64,000 nucleotides of DNA from Leucoraja erinacea (Eukaryota). The translations under genes and the position numbers were made by a program. Where the stretch lies: contig NC_073382.1 of assembly GCF_028641065.1 (NCBI RefSeq), positions 51,770,001 through 51,834,000 on the forward strand, in the 5' to 3' direction. This document shows, piece by piece, positions 61,850 to 64,000 of this stretch. The notes beneath the pieces were generated by a model. It did not search any database, was not told the DNA's origin, and saw nothing but the letters and a program-made list of their open reading frames with translations. The stretch's first letter is position 1, and each line of letters begins with the position of its first letter.

Positions 61850-62031
61850 AAGAAGAAACTGCAGATGCTGGAAAATCGAAGGTACACAAAATGCTGGAGA
61901 AACTCAGCGGGTGCAGCAGCATCTATGGAGCGAAGGAAATAGGCAACGTTTCGGGCCGAAACGTTGCCTATTTCCTTCACTCCATAGATGCTGCTGCACC
62001 CGCTGAGTTTCTCCAGCATTTTTGTGAACCT
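61850..62031. mobile_element. Fold-back Penelope-derived short retroposon inserted in a V-SINE fragment
   Basis: ~70-nt near-perfect arms around tttcgggccgaaa; cct(t/c)caaacctat repeated on both flanks. Confidence 0.75.
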
Positions 62032-62242
62032 CCAAACCTATATGTCTTTGGTTGGATTTTTGGTTTTTTTTTATATTGAAGTGAAAATAGGATTGGCAAA
62101 TAAAATTTTGGACATTTAATTTCTCTGATCAGTGAGCCTTCAACTGTCTCAATGGTGAATCTGAACATTCTTAATCTCAATGTATGACAGAGTCATTTCA
62201 AAAACCCATCAAACATTTGAGGTACATGTGCACAAACAAATA

Positions 62243-63973
62243 CAGGTGCACAACCTTTTATCCGAAAGCCTTGGGACCAGGCACTTTTCGTAATTCAGAA
62301 TTTTTCGGCTTTCGGAATGGAAGATTTTTAGCGTAGATTTTAACGGCTGGCTCAGTGGTAGAGTGCTCGGCTCGTATCCGCAAGGTCGCGAGTTTGCGCC
62401 TCGATCCCGGCAGTTACTCGATCGCGAGTTTGAGTCTTCAATGTAGATTTTTCTTGCAGAATAGGAGAGAATAGGGAGGGTTAGGCTGGGATCATTCTCT
62501 GCGAGATGACCTTAGTGCGGGAGACAAGTATAGGAGAGGTGTACTGAATGTGTGGGCAGAACTTTGGAAGTGATTGCCCACCATTCTCAAAAGCCGCTGT
62601 GTCTCCCTGTCCCTCCAACTCCAGAGGAATCCGCTCCCCGATGGGCCGCTACGGCGACAAGTGGCAGTTCGCCCACAGCCCGAGCTGCACCCCCTCATCC
62701 GCAACCCGTGTTCCTCTGGAGTGTGTAGCGGGGGGTGGTTAGTAGAGTTGTTGCTGTGTGTGAGTCTCTGGGATCTCCGTGCTTGCAGTGGGCCTGGGGG
62801 TCGGTGTCCCTATGTGGGGGCGCAGCAACGGAGCTGTGATGGGGAACTGCCACTTGTCGCTGTAGCGGTAGCATCGGGGAGCGGCTTCTGGTGGTCCTGA
62901 CGTCTCTCAGCTCCTGTCCAGGGGGGTGGCCAGAGACGTCAGAATCAACAGGAACCCGCTCCCCGATGGGCCCGAGCTGCCCACAGCCCGAGCTGCACCC
63001 CCTCATCCGCAACCCGGGTTCCACTGGAGTTGGAGCGGGGCTGGGCTAGAGTTGCTGCTGGCTGTGAGTCTCTGGGATCTCCGTGCTTGCAGTCGGTGTC
63101 CCGTTGGTCCTGACGTCTCCGGTCTCCGGTCACCCCCCTGGAATGGAGCTGAGACTGGGAACTGTACCGCCCTTATACCCCTCCCTCTGCAATATGCAAA
63201 CAACTCCACAGTTCCCATAGTCTCAGGTCCTGTACATGGGGTTGGTACAGAGACAATCTCCAACCCGAGCCATTAGCTTTTTCTGTGGAACTCTACGGGG
63301 ACATCGGAGAGCGTTTCGTATCTTTCTCTGGAATTGGAACGGTTTGGCATGATTGCTGCTGGCTGTGGGTTTGATGGGTTAAAAACGTGCTTGCAGTGGG
63401 CCTGGGGGTCGGTAATAAACCTTAACCTTGGTCCTGACGTCATCCGGTGAGACAATGGCACTGGCTCCAACATGAAGACAGTGCAAAGCCCCCAGCGCCA
63501 GGTTGCAACCTCGCGGGGAGCTGGAGAGGCGTTGTAGAAATGTGTTCACCAACATTCTGCAGGGAGGGGGTCACACACATGGCCGGGAAGCAGAGGGGTG
63601 TAGGTGGGGTGAAACTGAAGGGAGCGACAATTTGCTGCTGCCTGCCCGCTGTTAAAAATTCCCACGCAAGACTCAAACCTATACACTGTGTATGCGTGAG
63701 GAAACCGTGGGACACTTTTTGCTGGAGAAACTCAGCGGGCAGGCAGCAGCAGAGTGTCAATTATTAACCCTCCCGCGCAATATACCCTCACCTTCTCTTT
63801 TATGAATGGGGATTTAGTTCCCCTTTCTTCGAGGACCGACCGGAGGTTCCGCTGTCACCTCTGCGGGCCGCCCTCGGTGAACGTTTTCAAGGACCTTTCT
63901 TCAAGGACTGAAAAAATGTCGCTATTCGGAGGTTTTCGTTATTTGGATCTTCGGATAAAAGGTTGTGCACCTG
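62243..63973. mobile_element. Non-autonomous Tc1/mariner-superfamily (pogo-like) element
   Basis: Perfect 24-nt TIR CAGGTGCACAACCTTTTATCCGAA; TA TSD; internal direct repeats, no transposase. Confidence 0.88.
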
Positions 63974-64000
63974 TACTCATGTTCATCCAGGACAAACTCA

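Noticed and set aside
63529-63561. 33-nt exon copy as a CRISPR-like spacer or a duplicated ATM exon
   Set aside because: No repeat-spacer array or cas genes, eukaryotic context, no matching donor; it is one of several collinear flank snippets.
662-63767. Many 60-200 aa ORFs in GC-rich blocks (e.g. 662-1144, 11694-12161, 20213-20635, 37066-37587, 57005-57448, 62574-63276)
   Set aside because: They lie within non-autonomous repeats, overlap in several frames, are low-complexity and show no recognisable domains; chance ORFs.

Overview
Eukaryotic (vertebrate) genomic DNA. The repeat complement (V-SINEs with CR1-type tails, CR1, Penelope-like fragments) suggests a cartilaginous fish, probably a skate or ray; this is an inference. 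The window lies entirely inside the ATM gene on the minus strand. I traced 35 consecutive GT-AG coding exons (61673 down to 1728, 5063 nt, ~1687 codons, phases mutually consistent), equivalent to human ATM exons 15-49 (HEAT solenoid into the FAT domain, including the S1981-equivalent SQ site). Human exon numbers and sizes are recalled, not looked up. The introns carry many transposable elements: two Tc1 families, hAT, Harbinger-type MITEs, a Helitron-like element, CR1, RTE and Rex1-like LINEs, Gypsy-type LTRs and V-SINEs. Most notable: (i) about 15 or more short Penelope-derived retroposons carrying a minimal hammerhead-ribozyme-like core, several as fold-back dimers with their own TSDs; (ii) a Tc1/hAT chimera whose inverted repeats were extended to include a hAT end; (iii) GC-rich non-coding LINE parasites with covarying hairpins and exchanged 3' tails; (iv) a TIR element peppered with collinear snippets of neighbouring DNA, including 33 nt of an ATM exon, most likely a consensus artefact of a heterozygous insertion.
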